Positions 49,246 through 60,471 of a DNA stretch of 64,000 nt are shown piece by piece (positions within the stretch are counted from its first letter, which is position 1; each line of letters starts with the position of its first letter). Both the position numbers and the translations under genes were made by a program. Location: NCBI GenBank assembly GCA_964016885.1, contig OZ024746.1, forward strand, positions 47,120,001 to 47,184,000, read 5' to 3'. Origin of the DNA: Eledone cirrhosa (taxonomy: Eukaryota). Below the pieces are notes generated by a model. That model was not told the DNA's origin, ran no database searches, and saw only the letters and a list, made by a program, of their open reading frames with translations.

Positions 49246-51408
49246 TTCCTTGAATCTCAGTCATTGATGTTGGTTAACTGGAAAGTCCGTTGGATTGAAT
49301 ATCAAGCCACTACCTGCAGCCTCAGATATTCAGGACGTATCGGAGGGTTCTTGCTGTTCCAAGCAAGCATGCCTTTTGAAGCGTTCCAAAGAGCGTGAAG
49401 GGGCCGATTTTCTTCAACCATCCCTGGAAACTTTTGGAGATAGTCCCCAGTGCGCCTATGACAATCGGGATCACTTTGACTTCATGGCAGTTCCAAATCC
49501 TTTTCACCTCCCACTTTAGGTCCTGGTATCGGTTAATTTTCTCCCTCTCCTTCTCTTGCACTCTCGTGTCGAACGGGCAGGCCACATCCACAATCAGACA
49601 CGATCTTTTTTCTTTGTCCACAACCACCAGGTCAGGTCTATTGTGTTCCAGTTTTTTGTCCGTCTGTATCCTAAAATCCCACAGCACCTTCACCTGATTG
49701 TTCTCCATCACCGCCTCTGGACTATGCTCATACTATTTCTCAGAATGTGGTAAATTGTTTACTTTGCACAGGTGCCAGTGGATCACCCTGCCCATCACAT
49801 CGTGTCTCCAGCCCTTATAGTGGGTCTGGGCTAGGTGTTTACACTCGGACACAATGTGAGCCACAGTCTCCTCTCTCTCTCCACAGATCCTGCACAGTGG
49901 GCTAGCCTCCTCCTTGTAAATATGGTGCTTCAACCACTTCGTTTTGAGGGCCTGCTCCTGCGCAGCCATTAGCATTCCTTCTGTAGCCTTTTTGAGGTCT
50001 CCTCTTCTCAACCAGTTCCATGTCTGTGGATCTCTAAATTCAGTTTTCTCAAAGAAGGTACTATGAAGGGATTTTCCCTTAAGGCTGCTCTTCCTCCTTG
50101 ATGTTATTTCCTCCTTGGACATCCCCTGGCCTACTGTCCCCTCCTTCAGTACAGTTCTGAGCATTGGCTCCTTACTATAGGTCACGTATTTGTATAGGTT
50201 GTTTTTCTCCATCTGAACACAGTCCTCTATGCTGATAAGACCTCTTCCACCCTCAGATCTCCTTAGGTAGAGTCTATCGACATCACTCCTCTTGTGGAAC
50301 ATGTTGTAGATAGTCAATAGCTTCCTAGTCTTCCTATCCATTTCTTTTTGTTCAGCAACATTCCATCTCAGAATTCCCGCACTGTACCTAATAATAGATA
50401 CAGCTCGGGAATTTACTGCGCTTATGGCATTTCTGCTGTTCAGATGTGACTTCAATACGCTCCTTACTCTCCGAATGTATTCAGTTCTTAACAATTCCTT
50501 CATTTTTTTGTTCTTTATGCCATCAGCCTCCAGAACGCCCAAATACTTGTATCCTTCCTCAGAGTCAATTTCCTTTATCATCTCACCTGTTGGTATCTGG
50601 ATCCCGTTACTTCTGCTCAACCTACCCCTCCTCATCACAATGACTCCACATTTACCAATACCAAACTGCATACATATATCACTGCTGAAAATACGGACAG
50701 TGTCAACAAGCACATCCAACTCCTTCTCACTTTTCCCGAAGAGCTTAAGATCGTCCATGAAGAGGAGGTGATTGATGGTAAGCTCTCCCCTTCCCAACTT
50801 GTATCCTACTCTCACTTTTCGCAGCATAATGGTCAAGGGCATCAGGGCAAGGACAAACAACAGAGGGGACAGGCTATCTCCCTGGAAGATACCTCTCTTG
50901 ATCTTCACGTTTCCCAAGGATACTCCAGTTGATGTCAACTCTGTCTCCCAGGACCCCATACTCCTGCCTAGCAACTGTCTGATGTTATCTGCCACCCTGA
51001 AGATCTCCAGGCTTTTGGTGATCCAAGAATGAGGCACCATGTCAAATGCCTTTCTGTAGTCTATCCATCCGATGGCAAGATCAGTGTGTCTCCTCCTGCA
51101 ATTCCCCATTACCATCTTATCAATAAGTAACTGGTCCTTTGTACCACGTGACTTCTTTCGGCATCCTTTCTGTTCGTCCGGTAACAAGTTGTTTGTGTGG
51201 AGATGATGGTAGATTTCCTCAGACACAATGCTCGTCAACAGTTTCCACATTACGGACAGACATGTGATAGGTCTATAGTTGGTAACATCATTACCCTTGA
51301 TTCGGTCTTTCATTATCAGAACTGTGGTACCTTTTGTCAACCACTCTGGCACCTCACCCGACACCAAGCAGTCATTGGACATGGCCGTCAGCTTCGGGTG
51401 GAGGGATG
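49246..51408 (-). mobile_element. R4/Dong-like RLE LINE, family A copy 1 (5'-truncated), flanked by (ATT)n
   Basis: RT, CCHC and PD-(D/E)xK RLE domains; short 3' UTR running into (AAT)n on the sense strand. Confidence 0.92.
49322..51382 (-). pseudogene. RT-ZnF-RLE ORF broken by one TGG>TAG at 49733-49735
   Basis: NYRPITCL, EQKGC, WIDYRKAFDMV, GIFQGDSLSP, LLFMDD, YKYLG, CRIC…H…C, RHD, NRPDL…DVACP…EK..RY, IVIGALG. The same codon is TGG in the copy at 62483-63373. Confidence 0.92.
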
Positions 51409-51646
51409 ATTATTATTATTATTATTATTATTGAATGCCATGGTTGACGGAGGCTCGGCTCTGTAAGGTATAGTAATTTTTAACCGTTAAAACAATTGTA
51501 AATTGTTTAAAACTTGAACCAAATTGTTGATAAAGACACCCTCCTCCTCGTGAGAGGGGTCTTTCTGTCCGTTATTTGGCCCTTCGGGGCTAAATAACCA
51601 GTTATTGGGGTTTTGTACCCAATATTCATTTTAAACAAAAAACAAC

Positions 51647-53725
51647 ATGGCTACGAAAAAGAAATTTCATACGTCACTCCCACTCATTCCGTCTTCTTCT
51701 TCCTCAATAATCACTACAGCAGAGAGAAGATTGTCTCTCTCCCTCCCTTCTTTAAATGTGTCTCTCTCCCTCCCTTCTCTTTCGCAAGTGACGAAAGAAA
51801 AGAAAAGTCTCGTGCAAAGCGTGCAAAGTTTCTCCACGACGACGACGACAGCGACGAAACAGGTGTGCGGGAAATACGAAAACCCAGTTCATTCGTCTGA
51901 CGTCAGGAATAATAGCAGTAGCAGCCGTAATAACAACAGCAACAGTGACAATGAAAACAACAGTAGCAGCCGCAACAGCATCACCAGCAGCATAAACAAC
52001 AACAGCATTAGCAGCAGCAACACCAACAACAACCACAGCAACAGCGGCGGAGGCAGTAGTCGTAGTACCTGCAGCAACAACAAAAGTACCAGCAGCTCTG
52101 ACGACAACAACAACAGCAGAGAAAAACCAATCTCATTTGCAGGTATTGCGAAAAACTTGGAAACAATCCTCATAACAAATGAGGAATTAGAGGAAGCGAA
52201 GAAGATGGTGACAAAGAACGGACACCGAGCAATCTGCAAGGCAGCGGAAAATTTTTTCGAAACCCAAGAGCACTGTACGGTCACGTACCGTACAGTAAGT
52301 ACAAAATCCCGTAGGGTGGAAAGAGCCACAGAGGCCCAAATACAAAAAGCCTTGGGGTCTGTGTGGCAGCGGAAAACGCACATCACCCGAGGCAAAAAAT
52401 ATGCCACCGTAGACGTACTTTTTGCCACACCCCAGGAGGCAAAGGCCCAATCAGTAGTGACCCTAAGGAGCGAGGAAATGGTGTTGGTGCCCTCCTACTG
52501 TGGGCAAAAAATTGTGAGGGTCAAACTGACCCACGTCCCCCCCGGAATGACCCCTTCTTGGCTGGCCGCGTCTGTCCTCGTCGGAATCGAGGACAAAACA
52601 ACTGTACTGCAAGTACAGAAAAAAGTAAGAGAAGATTGGGTCGGCTCCTCCATTGAGATGCTAATCCAAACCAACCAGGAGTGCATCGAAGCTATCCCGG
52701 ATGTGATAGACTTCGATAACGGCATTCAACTGCCCATAAGTGTTGAGGGCAAACGCCCGAAATGCTTTCGCTGTGGATCGAAGACTCACCTCAGGGCCTT
52801 CTGCAACCAGAAGACCCTGAGAAAGGAGAAAACCCCCCTCCTTCCGAATCCGGCTCCACGGCTACCAGCAACAGGACAAGCGGCAACCAGGAACGATAGG
52901 TCCGTGGCACCCATACCCACTCCACGGAAATCAAAAACAGCAGCAGCAGTGGAAATATTAACAACAACAACAGCAATACCAAATGCAGCTGCAACAGAGA
53001 CTCCAGTGCAAACATCACCAACAACAAGTGAAAGAGTGGAGCTGGTACCCCTCCCCGACCTCACAGAATCAGACATGGAGTGTGAGGTGGGAGAGAGATG
53101 GCAAAAGGTCGTAAGAAGGCACAAACGCAGAAGCAGCGCATCGTCGCCTTTGAAAAGGGAGGAAAGAAATGAGAAAAGGGTAAAGTCTACTGCAAAGAGA
53201 CCCACAGCAGCAACAACACCAACACCATCACCACCCACACTAGCACCACCATCACCACCGCCAACAACACCTTTAACACCACCACCACAAGCACCAACAT
53301 CGCAAACACAACAACAAAACACACACACCCAGCAACAACGACAAGAAAATAGTAGAACCACACCCCACCCCCAGAAAAACAAATGCACGGCAATAAATAC
53401 ACACAACAAGAAACTAATGACTTACATAATTGAACACACAGACATTTCACAACAGGACTACATAATACCAGCACCAATCAAAACGCCAACTAACATAAGA
53501 CTGCTAAAAATAGCACAGAAACAATACACAAACATTAAAACGAAATTCCCCAACGCAGTTGGTGATTTCAGGGACCTAGGAGGAACCATCAATCGAAGAG
53601 TATACTCAGACATTCTCTTAGAAGAGCCGACGACCAGCCGAAGGGACGATTCAACGGTCCCTTCACCAGACGATCAAGTGAAAAGGGATGTAAAAACCAT
53701 CCCTCCTCTACCAAAAGTACGGTAA
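51647..53725 (+). CDS. Tx1-like ORF1, gag-like nucleic-acid-binding protein with CCHC knuckle (692 aa)
   Basis: CFRCGSKTHLRAFC (CX2CX4HX4C), SFAGIAK, WQKVVRR; S/N- and P/T-rich low-complexity tracts. Confidence 0.88.
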   Translation: MATKKKFHTSLPLIPSSSSSIITTAERRLSLSLPSLNVSLSLPSLSQVTKEKKSLVQSVQSFSTTTTTATKQVCGKYENPVHSSDVRNNSSSSRNNNSNSDNENNSSSRNSITSSINNNSISSSNTNNNHSNSGGGSSRSTCSNNKSTSSSDDNNNSREKPISFAGIAKNLETILITNEELEEAKKMVTKNGHRAICKAAENFFETQEHCTVTYRTVSTKSRRVERATEAQIQKALGSVWQRKTHITRGKKYATVDVLFATPQEAKAQSVVTLRSEEMVLVPSYCGQKIVRVKLTHVPPGMTPSWLAASVLVGIEDKTTVLQVQKKVREDWVGSSIEMLIQTNQECIEAIPDVIDFDNGIQLPISVEGKRPKCFRCGSKTHLRAFCNQKTLRKEKTPLLPNPAPRLPATGQAATRNDRSVAPIPTPRKSKTAAAVEILTTTTAIPNAAATETPVQTSPTTSERVELVPLPDLTESDMECEVGERWQKVVRRHKRRSSASSPLKREERNEKRVKSTAKRPTAATTPTPSPPTLAPPSPPPTTPLTPPPQAPTSQTQQQNTHTQQQRQENSRTTPHPQKNKCTAINTHNKKLMTYIIEHTDISQQDYIIPAPIKTPTNIRLLKIAQKQYTNIKTKFPNAVGDFRDLGGTINRRVYSDILLEEPTTSRRDDSTVPSPDDQVKRDVKTIPPLPKVR

Positions 53726-53760
53726 GTGGTCTTTCCCATCTTTTCCACTCTATTTTAAAC

Positions 53761-56700
53761 ATGACCTCACTCAGAATAGGCAGCATAAATACGCGTGGCT
53801 TGGGGTCGTCATGGAAGCAGGGTCACCTGCTCAACGACCTCAGGTCACTAAACATAGATGTAGTGGCCATCAGCGAGACCAGAATCTCCGAAGCACGGGC
53901 CTTCGCACCGATCTTCGGCGGCTACGATGTGTACGCATCTCCCAGCCGTCCTGGATCGGGTGGAGGAGTTGCTGTGCTTTTTCGGAGAGGTTTGGATCTC
54001 GCCATACGGGCCATCTTCCTGGACCCAGAGGGTAAGCTGGTGGTGCTGGACGTGACCAGCGGAGACGGGCAAGCTTTCAGGCTAGTGGCCGTCTATGCCC
54101 CGACAGGAGCAGGGCGGCCTGATTTCTTCCGGCGTCTGGAGACCTTTCTTGGAACGTCCCGCTCTTTAGTGTTAGTGGGCGACTGGAACGGGATCTTAGA
54201 TGCACGCTGGGACTGTGTGGGATTAGCGGATAGGGGTGGAGGGTGCAAGAGCCTCACCAACCTGCTCAGGCGTTTTGAACTGTCTGACAGGTACCGATTG
54301 GATTTCCCGAATGTGCCAATGTGGACTTGGACAAACCGCATAGGGTCATCCAGATCATATCTAGATAGAGTATTTTGTAGGGAAATAGATAGGTCTAGCA
54401 TAGGCTGTCCACAATTCAAGATAGTCAGCTACACGGACCACAAATTCGTGATCTGTGTGCTTGACTTAGATAGGCTTCATAGACGAGGACCCGGCTACTG
54501 GAAGCTAAACGCGTCCTTACCAGCGCGCAAGGCCTACAGAGACCGGATTAGCGAACTAGTTAAGCGGGCGTTGACGGGGGCCATCGTCAACAACAAGTGG
54601 TGGTTTGCTCTGAAAAGAGCGATTAGAATAGAATCGATTAGGTTTAGTAAGGCTTTAGCAATAGAGAAAAATAGAGCAGAGGGAGAACTAGTTAGAAAAT
54701 TAGACGAGGCGCTTAGCAAAGGCATTGCGACCGACGTGCTTGCGGCGAAATTGGCCCTTGACCAATTCTTCAATGCAAAGCACGAAGGCTGCGTTGTCAG
54801 AGCTAGGGTGCGTGCTCTCAGACACGAGGGGACGAAAGCCGTTCAATGGGCCCGAGTGGCGGAGGCGCGTCGTGGCAACAAAGCCACGATCCGGTCTTTG
54901 GTGGACCACGACGGGCGCATGCTACTCGATCCCGGGCAAATGTGTGAAGCTTTTCAGCGACACTTCGCTCAGCTGTTCGGGGGCAGCGGGGGGCCGGGTA
55001 GAGGGATGGACTTTAGTGTCTACCTCGACGGACTGCCGCGGCTCTCGGCCACTGAGGCGAAGTGTTGCGAAAAGCCGATAACAGCCGCTGAAGTAAGGGA
55101 GGCAATGACTGGCTGCACAAGGGGTAAATCGCCTGGTTTGGATGGTCTGCCCTATGAACTTTATGTACAGATGCCAGACTTGTTCGGAGGCCTCTTGGCG
55201 GACGTCTACTGCAACTGGCAACAGAACGGGAGAATTCCCAGTTCTGTGAGCCGAGGAGCGGTGGCACTGCTGAGAAAGGATCCGAACAAGGGGGATAACA
55301 TAGACAATTTCCGGCCCATAACTCTGCTAAACACAGAGTTTAAGATTTTGGCCAAGGTGCTAGCAAAGAGGTTGGCGCTTGTCGTTGGTGGTCTGGTGGG
55401 AGAGGCGCAGACATGCGCCATTCCCGACAGATCCATCCACGACAACCTCCACCTCATGCGATACATCGTAGAGAGGGTAGCTAGGGAACCTGGCACGGGT
55501 GGGTCCTTGATCAATTTAGATCAGTCGAAAGCTTTCGATAGGGTCGACCATCGTTACCTAGCGGCAGTCCTGAGGGCGGCTGGCTTTGGGCCCGTCTTCA
55601 GAGGCTGGATCGCTGCCATGCACAGCGACATCTGCTCTGTGGTGAGAGTGAACGGTCACCTGTCGGAACCGTTCAACATCATGCGCTCGGTCCGCCAAGG
55701 ATGTCCCCTCTCGTCCCTCTTGTACGTATTGACTCTCGAGCCATTACTGCACAAACTGGAGACGTTGAGGGGGGTCCCGCGCGAACTAGGATGCGGAAGA
55801 TCCGTATCAGCATATGCGGACGATGTCACCGTAGTGGTGTCGAACGCCAAACACATCGAGGCGATCGGCACTACACTAAGAGAATACGAAGCGGTGACAG
55901 GAGCAATGATCAACCAGGAAAAGTCAGTGGGCCTGCAGCTCGGCACCTGGAGAGGCAGGTCCATGCCGTCCAACAGCGTCGTCGGACGCTGGACGGACGG
56001 ACCGGTTAAATTGCTAGGGGTCTGGTTCGGTCCGGACCTCCAGACGGACAAAAACTGGGACGAGGTGACGAGCAGGGTGGCTTCTCTCACCCAGAAATGG
56101 GCGGAGAGGAAGCTATCCCTGAAAGGTCGAGCGGAGGTGGCTAACGCGTACATCGCGTCTGTCATCTGCTACCGCCTAACCGTCGTACCTTGTCCTAAGC
56201 CTCGCCTGACTGCGCTGGAGCGTTTGCTCTTTCGCTTTTTGTGGAAGGGACGTGCTCCGATGGTCAGGCGGTCCATCTGTTGTCAACACCCGCTACGTGG
56301 AGGGCTGGGCATGCCGTGGCTGATGATGCGCAGGCACGCGCTCAGGCTACGACATCTCCACCTCTTCCTCGACGGTGATCAGGTGTGGTCGCCGTTTGCT
56401 AGACGCGTTTTTCCCCAGCTCGTTTCCTTGACGGAGCTGCAGTCCTGGGTCAAGCGAAGACCGAGAGGGAGCGCCTGGAGACTGGAATGTCTTCAGGCGC
56501 TCACAGCCCTCGACCAATCGGGCAATGTGATCGGTGGAAACTCCACCTCGGCGTTCTATAGAGGATTAGTGGAGGGGAAGAGCGACGACGTACTTGGGGA
56601 AACTCTAGGCGTCGACGAAAATCAACTAGCCAATCTCTTCGGAAGAACTTTCGGGCCGGGGCCTATGGACAACTTCCAGAAATCTCTGGCCTGGCAGTGC

Positions 56701-57180
56701 TACCGAGGAGCCTTGCCAGTTCGGGATAAACTCTACAGGCATGGAGGTGCCGTCAGCCGGGCATGTCCGAGATGCGCGCAGGGCGACGAAACCGTCCTGC
56801 ACGCACTCGTCCAGTGTCCGAAAATTGCTGACTTGTGGGTTTATGTCGAACACCTGCTGTCGCGTTTAGGACGGATCCAGCTATCATCTGAGTCTATCGT
56901 GAGGATTGCCCCGCCCTCCTCCTTTAGCCGGGAAGGGCAGGCAGTTTTTATCTGTCTGGTGGCCATGGCGAAAGAGATAGTATGGTGGACACGTTTGAAA
57001 GGGCTGAAGACGAGCACTTACCTCTTCGGTGATGCTCTGATTGACTTTTTCAAATTTCATTTGAAAAGGAAAATCAGAGTAGAGAGGGAAGTGCTCTCTT
57101 CCCAGCATTTTGTTGAAAGATGGGTGAGAGAAGCAAGAATGGCCCGAGTGAATGGGCCGACTCTGAGTATATATCTGTAA
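53761..57180 (+). CDS. Tx1-like ORF2: APE endonuclease, RT and C-terminal CCHC (1139 aa)
   Basis: SINTRGL, ISETR, VYAP, VGDWN, YLDRVF, TDHK, GPGYWKLN, KSPGLDGLPYE, NFRPITLLN, LDQSKAFDRVDH, VRQGCPLS, AYADD, KLLGV, GGLG, CPRC…ETVLHALVQC. Confidence 0.96.
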   Translation: MTSLRIGSINTRGLGSSWKQGHLLNDLRSLNIDVVAISETRISEARAFAPIFGGYDVYASPSRPGSGGGVAVLFRRGLDLAIRAIFLDPEGKLVVLDVTSGDGQAFRLVAVYAPTGAGRPDFFRRLETFLGTSRSLVLVGDWNGILDARWDCVGLADRGGGCKSLTNLLRRFELSDRYRLDFPNVPMWTWTNRIGSSRSYLDRVFCREIDRSSIGCPQFKIVSYTDHKFVICVLDLDRLHRRGPGYWKLNASLPARKAYRDRISELVKRALTGAIVNNKWWFALKRAIRIESIRFSKALAIEKNRAEGELVRKLDEALSKGIATDVLAAKLALDQFFNAKHEGCVVRARVRALRHEGTKAVQWARVAEARRGNKATIRSLVDHDGRMLLDPGQMCEAFQRHFAQLFGGSGGPGRGMDFSVYLDGLPRLSATEAKCCEKPITAAEVREAMTGCTRGKSPGLDGLPYELYVQMPDLFGGLLADVYCNWQQNGRIPSSVSRGAVALLRKDPNKGDNIDNFRPITLLNTEFKILAKVLAKRLALVVGGLVGEAQTCAIPDRSIHDNLHLMRYIVERVAREPGTGGSLINLDQSKAFDRVDHRYLAAVLRAAGFGPVFRGWIAAMHSDICSVVRVNGHLSEPFNIMRSVRQGCPLSSLLYVLTLEPLLHKLETLRGVPRELGCGRSVSAYADDVTVVVSNAKHIEAIGTTLREYEAVTGAMINQEKSVGLQLGTWRGRSMPSNSVVGRWTDGPVKLLGVWFGPDLQTDKNWDEVTSRVASLTQKWAERKLSLKGRAEVANAYIASVICYRLTVVPCPKPRLTALERLLFRFLWKGRAPMVRRSICCQHPLRGGLGMPWLMMRRHALRLRHLHLFLDGDQVWSPFARRVFPQLVSLTELQSWVKRRPRGSAWRLECLQALTALDQSGNVIGGNSTSAFYRGLVEGKSDDVLGETLGVDENQLANLFGRTFGPGPMDNFQKSLAWQCYRGALPVRDKLYRHGGAVSRACPRCAQGDETVLHALVQCPKIADLWVYVEHLLSRLGRIQLSSESIVRIAPPSSFSREGQAVFICLVAMAKEIVWWTRLKGLKTSTYLFGDALIDFFKFHLKRKIRVEREVLSSQHFVERWVREARMARVNGPTLSIYL

Positions 57181-57442
57181 ACTAAAGGTGGAAAACTGGG
57201 AGAGGGCACTTGCCTTGGTGGTCAGGGTCATTGTGGCTTTTTACTGGGCTTTCTCCACAAATGTCCCTCCGAAGTCTCCCCCCTATTGGGGAATTTTTCA
57301 TTGTTATTTTCATTGTTATTTTTGTTACATCCTCTGTTTTTGTTTTTTTTTACACGCAGAAATGCCTATTTGTACCGTCCTGCATTGTCCTGCACTGTCC
57401 TTAATGTCTACTTTATGTAAACCCTTGTGGTTAATAAAGAAA

Positions 57443-57477
<35 letters not shown>

Positions 57478-57479
<2 letters not shown>

Positions 57480-57690
57480 AGTTGCATTTATCTTGCTTTA
57501 TGTTCATACGAGTTATCACCAAGTCACAACCAGTGGCCTCAAGAGACAACAAGGTTCGCTATGTTCAAGAAAGAACATACATACACACACATGCATCTTA
57601 AGGTGTTTAGACTTGTGATGTACTTATATTGACAGAATCTTCCTTAGTATAATATGGGCAGTTCCCATTAGTACTATCCTTTGTATTTCT
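57478..57690 (-). mobile_element. R4/Dong-like family B, 3' stub
   Basis: Nearly identical to 60472-60680 (EIQ.IVLMGTAHILRKILSI* plus UTR); flanked by (ATT)n. Confidence 0.88.
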
Positions 57691-57710
57691 TTATTATTGT
57701 TATTATTATT

Positions 57711-60450
57711 TTTCTTTGAGTCTCAGTCAATGATGTTATTTAACTGGAAAGTTTGTTGAAATGAATATCAAGCCGCTACCTGAAGCCTCAGATATTCAGG
57801 ACGTATCGGAGGGTTATTGCTGTTTCCAGCAAGCATGCCTTTTGAAGTGTTCCAAAAAGCGGGGCTGGACAAATTTTCTATAACCATCCTTGGAAACTCT
57901 TTGAGATAATACCTAGTGCGCCTATGACAATCGGGACGACTCTGACTTCTTGGCAGTTCCAAATCCTTTTTACCTCCCACTTTAAGTTCTGGTATCGGTT
58001 AATGTTCTCCCTCTCCTTTTCTTGCACTCTCGTGCCAAATGGGCAGGCTACATCTACAATCAGGCACGTTCTTTTTTCCTTGTCCAAAACCACCAGGTCA
58101 GGTCTATTGTGTTCCAGTTTCTTGTCCGTCTGTATCCTAAAATCCCATAGCACCTTCACCTGATCGTTTTCTATCACCGACTCTGGCTTATGCTCATACC
58201 ACTTCTCAGAACGTGGTAAATTGTTTACTTTGCATAGGTGCCAGTGGATCACTCTGCTCATCACATCATGTCTCCAGCCTTTATAGTGAGTCTAGGCTAG
58301 GTGTTTACACTCGGATACAATGTGAGCCACAGTCTCCTCTCTCTCTGCACAGATCCTACACAGTGGGCTAGCCGCCTCCTTGTAGATACGTTCCGAGGGC
58401 CTGCTCTTGCGCAGTCATTAGCATTCCTTCTGTAGCATTTTTAGGGTCTCCTCTTTTTAACCAGTTCCATGTCTGTGGAGCTCTAAATTCAGTTTTCTGA
58501 AGGTACTATGAAAGGATTTTTCATGAAGATTGCTCTTCCTCCTTGTTGTTATTTCCTCCTTGGACATCCCCTAGTCTATTGTCTTCTCCTTCAGTACAAT
58601 TCTGAGCATTGGCTCCCTACTGTCAGTCACGTATTTGTGCAGGTTGTTTTTCTCCATCTGAACACAGTCCTCTATGCTGATAAGACCTCTTCCATCTTCA
58701 GATCTCTTTAAGTAGAGTCTATCGACATCACTCCTCTTGTGGAACATGTTGTAGATAGTCAATAGCTTCCTAGTATTCCTATCCATTTCTTTTTGTTCAG
58801 CAACATTCCATTTCAGAATTCCCGCACTGTACCTAATAATAGACACAGCTCGGGAATTCACGGCACTTATGACATTCCTACTATTTAGGTGTGATTTTAA
58901 TACGCTCCTTACTCTCCTAATGTACTCATATCTTATCGATCCGTTCATTTTTTTTGTTCTTGATGTCATCTGCCTACAGAACACCTAAATATTTGTATTC
59001 TTCTTCAGTGTCAATTTCCTTTATCATCTCACCTGTTGGTACCTGGATTCCGTTGCATCACTAGGACTCCACACTTATTAATACCAAATTGCATACATAT
59101 ATCATTGCTGAAAATACGGACAGTGTCAACAAGTACATCCAACTCCTTCTCACTCTTGCCAAAGAGTTTAAGATCGTCCATGAAGAGGAGGTGGTTGATG
59201 GTAAGCTCTGCTTTTCCCAACTTGTATCCTGCTCTCACTTTTCGCAGTATAATGATCAGAGGTATCAGGGCAAGGACAAACAACAGAGGGGACAAACTAT
59301 CTCCCTGGAGGATACCTCTCCTGATCTTCACGCCACCCAAGGATTCTCCACCCGATGTTAACTCTGTTTCCCAGGACTTCATACTTTTGCTCAACAACTG
59401 TCTGATGTTATCTGCCACTTTGAAGGTCTCTAGGCTTTTGGTTATCCAAGAATGAGGTACCATGTCGAATGCCTTTTTGTAATCTATCCATCCCATGGCA
59501 AGACCAATGTGTCTCCTCTTGCAATTCCTCATTACCATCTTATCAATAAGTAACTGGTCCTTTATACCACGGGACTTCATTCGGCATCCTTTCTGTTCGT
59601 CCGGTAACAAGTTTTTTATGTGGAGGTGATGGTAGATTTGCTCAGACACAATGCTTGTCAACAGTTTCCACATTACGGACAAACATGTGATATGTCTATA
59701 GTTGGTAACATCATTACCCTTGATTCGGTCTTTCAATACCAGAACTGTGGTACCTTTTGTCAACCACTCTGGTACCTCACTCGGCATCAAGCAGTCATTG
59801 AACATGGTTGTCAGTTTCGGGTGGAGGGATGTTATATTTGTTATCCAATACCCCTACACACCATCTGGGCCTGGTGATTTCCAGTTGGTTAGTTTTTTGA
59901 CCTGCCCTTTAAGAGTTTCAACTGTGATACTCAAATCAGTTTGTTGGTGTGCTTGTTCACTAATCTCCTTTTGTACTGTCTCAATCCACACTGCCTAGTC
60001 ATTATGTTCAACATCCTGCTCCCATATTCCTCTCCAGAATGTCTTAGTCTGTTCCGCCTCAAGGATCAAGTCGTTGCCTCTTTCTTTCTCTTCAAGTTGT
60101 CCAAACAACATCTTCTGGTTGTTGTCAAACATGCGGTTCTGTCTATACTGACTGACTCTGCTCTCATACCGCCTAATCTTTGCACTCTTTGCTACAATCC
60201 GTTGCTTCAGTTCCATTATGATGATATTTAGCTTTTTCCTCCTAGTTTTGTACTTTATTTCCAGCTTATTTTTAGTTTCTATGTTTTTTAGTGTCCCATT
60301 CAGTAGGGACTCAAGCTTTCCAATGTCATTTCTCATTTCCTTGATTTGACCATTCAGTCGTTTCTTCCACCAAGGTTCTGATCTTTTTTGTTTGTTGCAA
60401 CCTCTCGTTTTTATGCCAAGTAATTTCCTCAAGGCATTTGCTGTTGCTTT
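57711..60450 (-). pseudogene. R4/Dong-like family A-related older copy with frameshifts and deletions
   Basis: Fragments 59995-60450, 59029-59805, 58571-58984 and 57878-58264; the last three closely parallel the copy-1 protein. Confidence 0.9.
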
Positions 60451-60471
60451 ATTATTATTATTATTATTATT

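Larger units (their letters stand above)
51433..57444 (+). mobile_element. Full-length Tx1/L1-clade LINE inserted in (ATT)n
   Basis: Two intact ORFs 35 nt apart; AATAAA at 57433-57438 followed almost directly by (ATT)n; (ATT)n also upstream. Confidence 0.93.

Noticed and set aside
49733-49735. Programmed stop-codon readthrough in the R4-like ORF
   Set aside because: Sister copies at ~62894 and ~63897 have TGG at this codon, so it is a simple nonsense mutation.
51536-51600. HDV-like ribozyme suggested by TCCTCGT in the Tx1 5' UTR
   Set aside because: I could not assemble P1/P2/P3/P1.1 nested pseudoknot pairings; simple hairpins explain the sequence.
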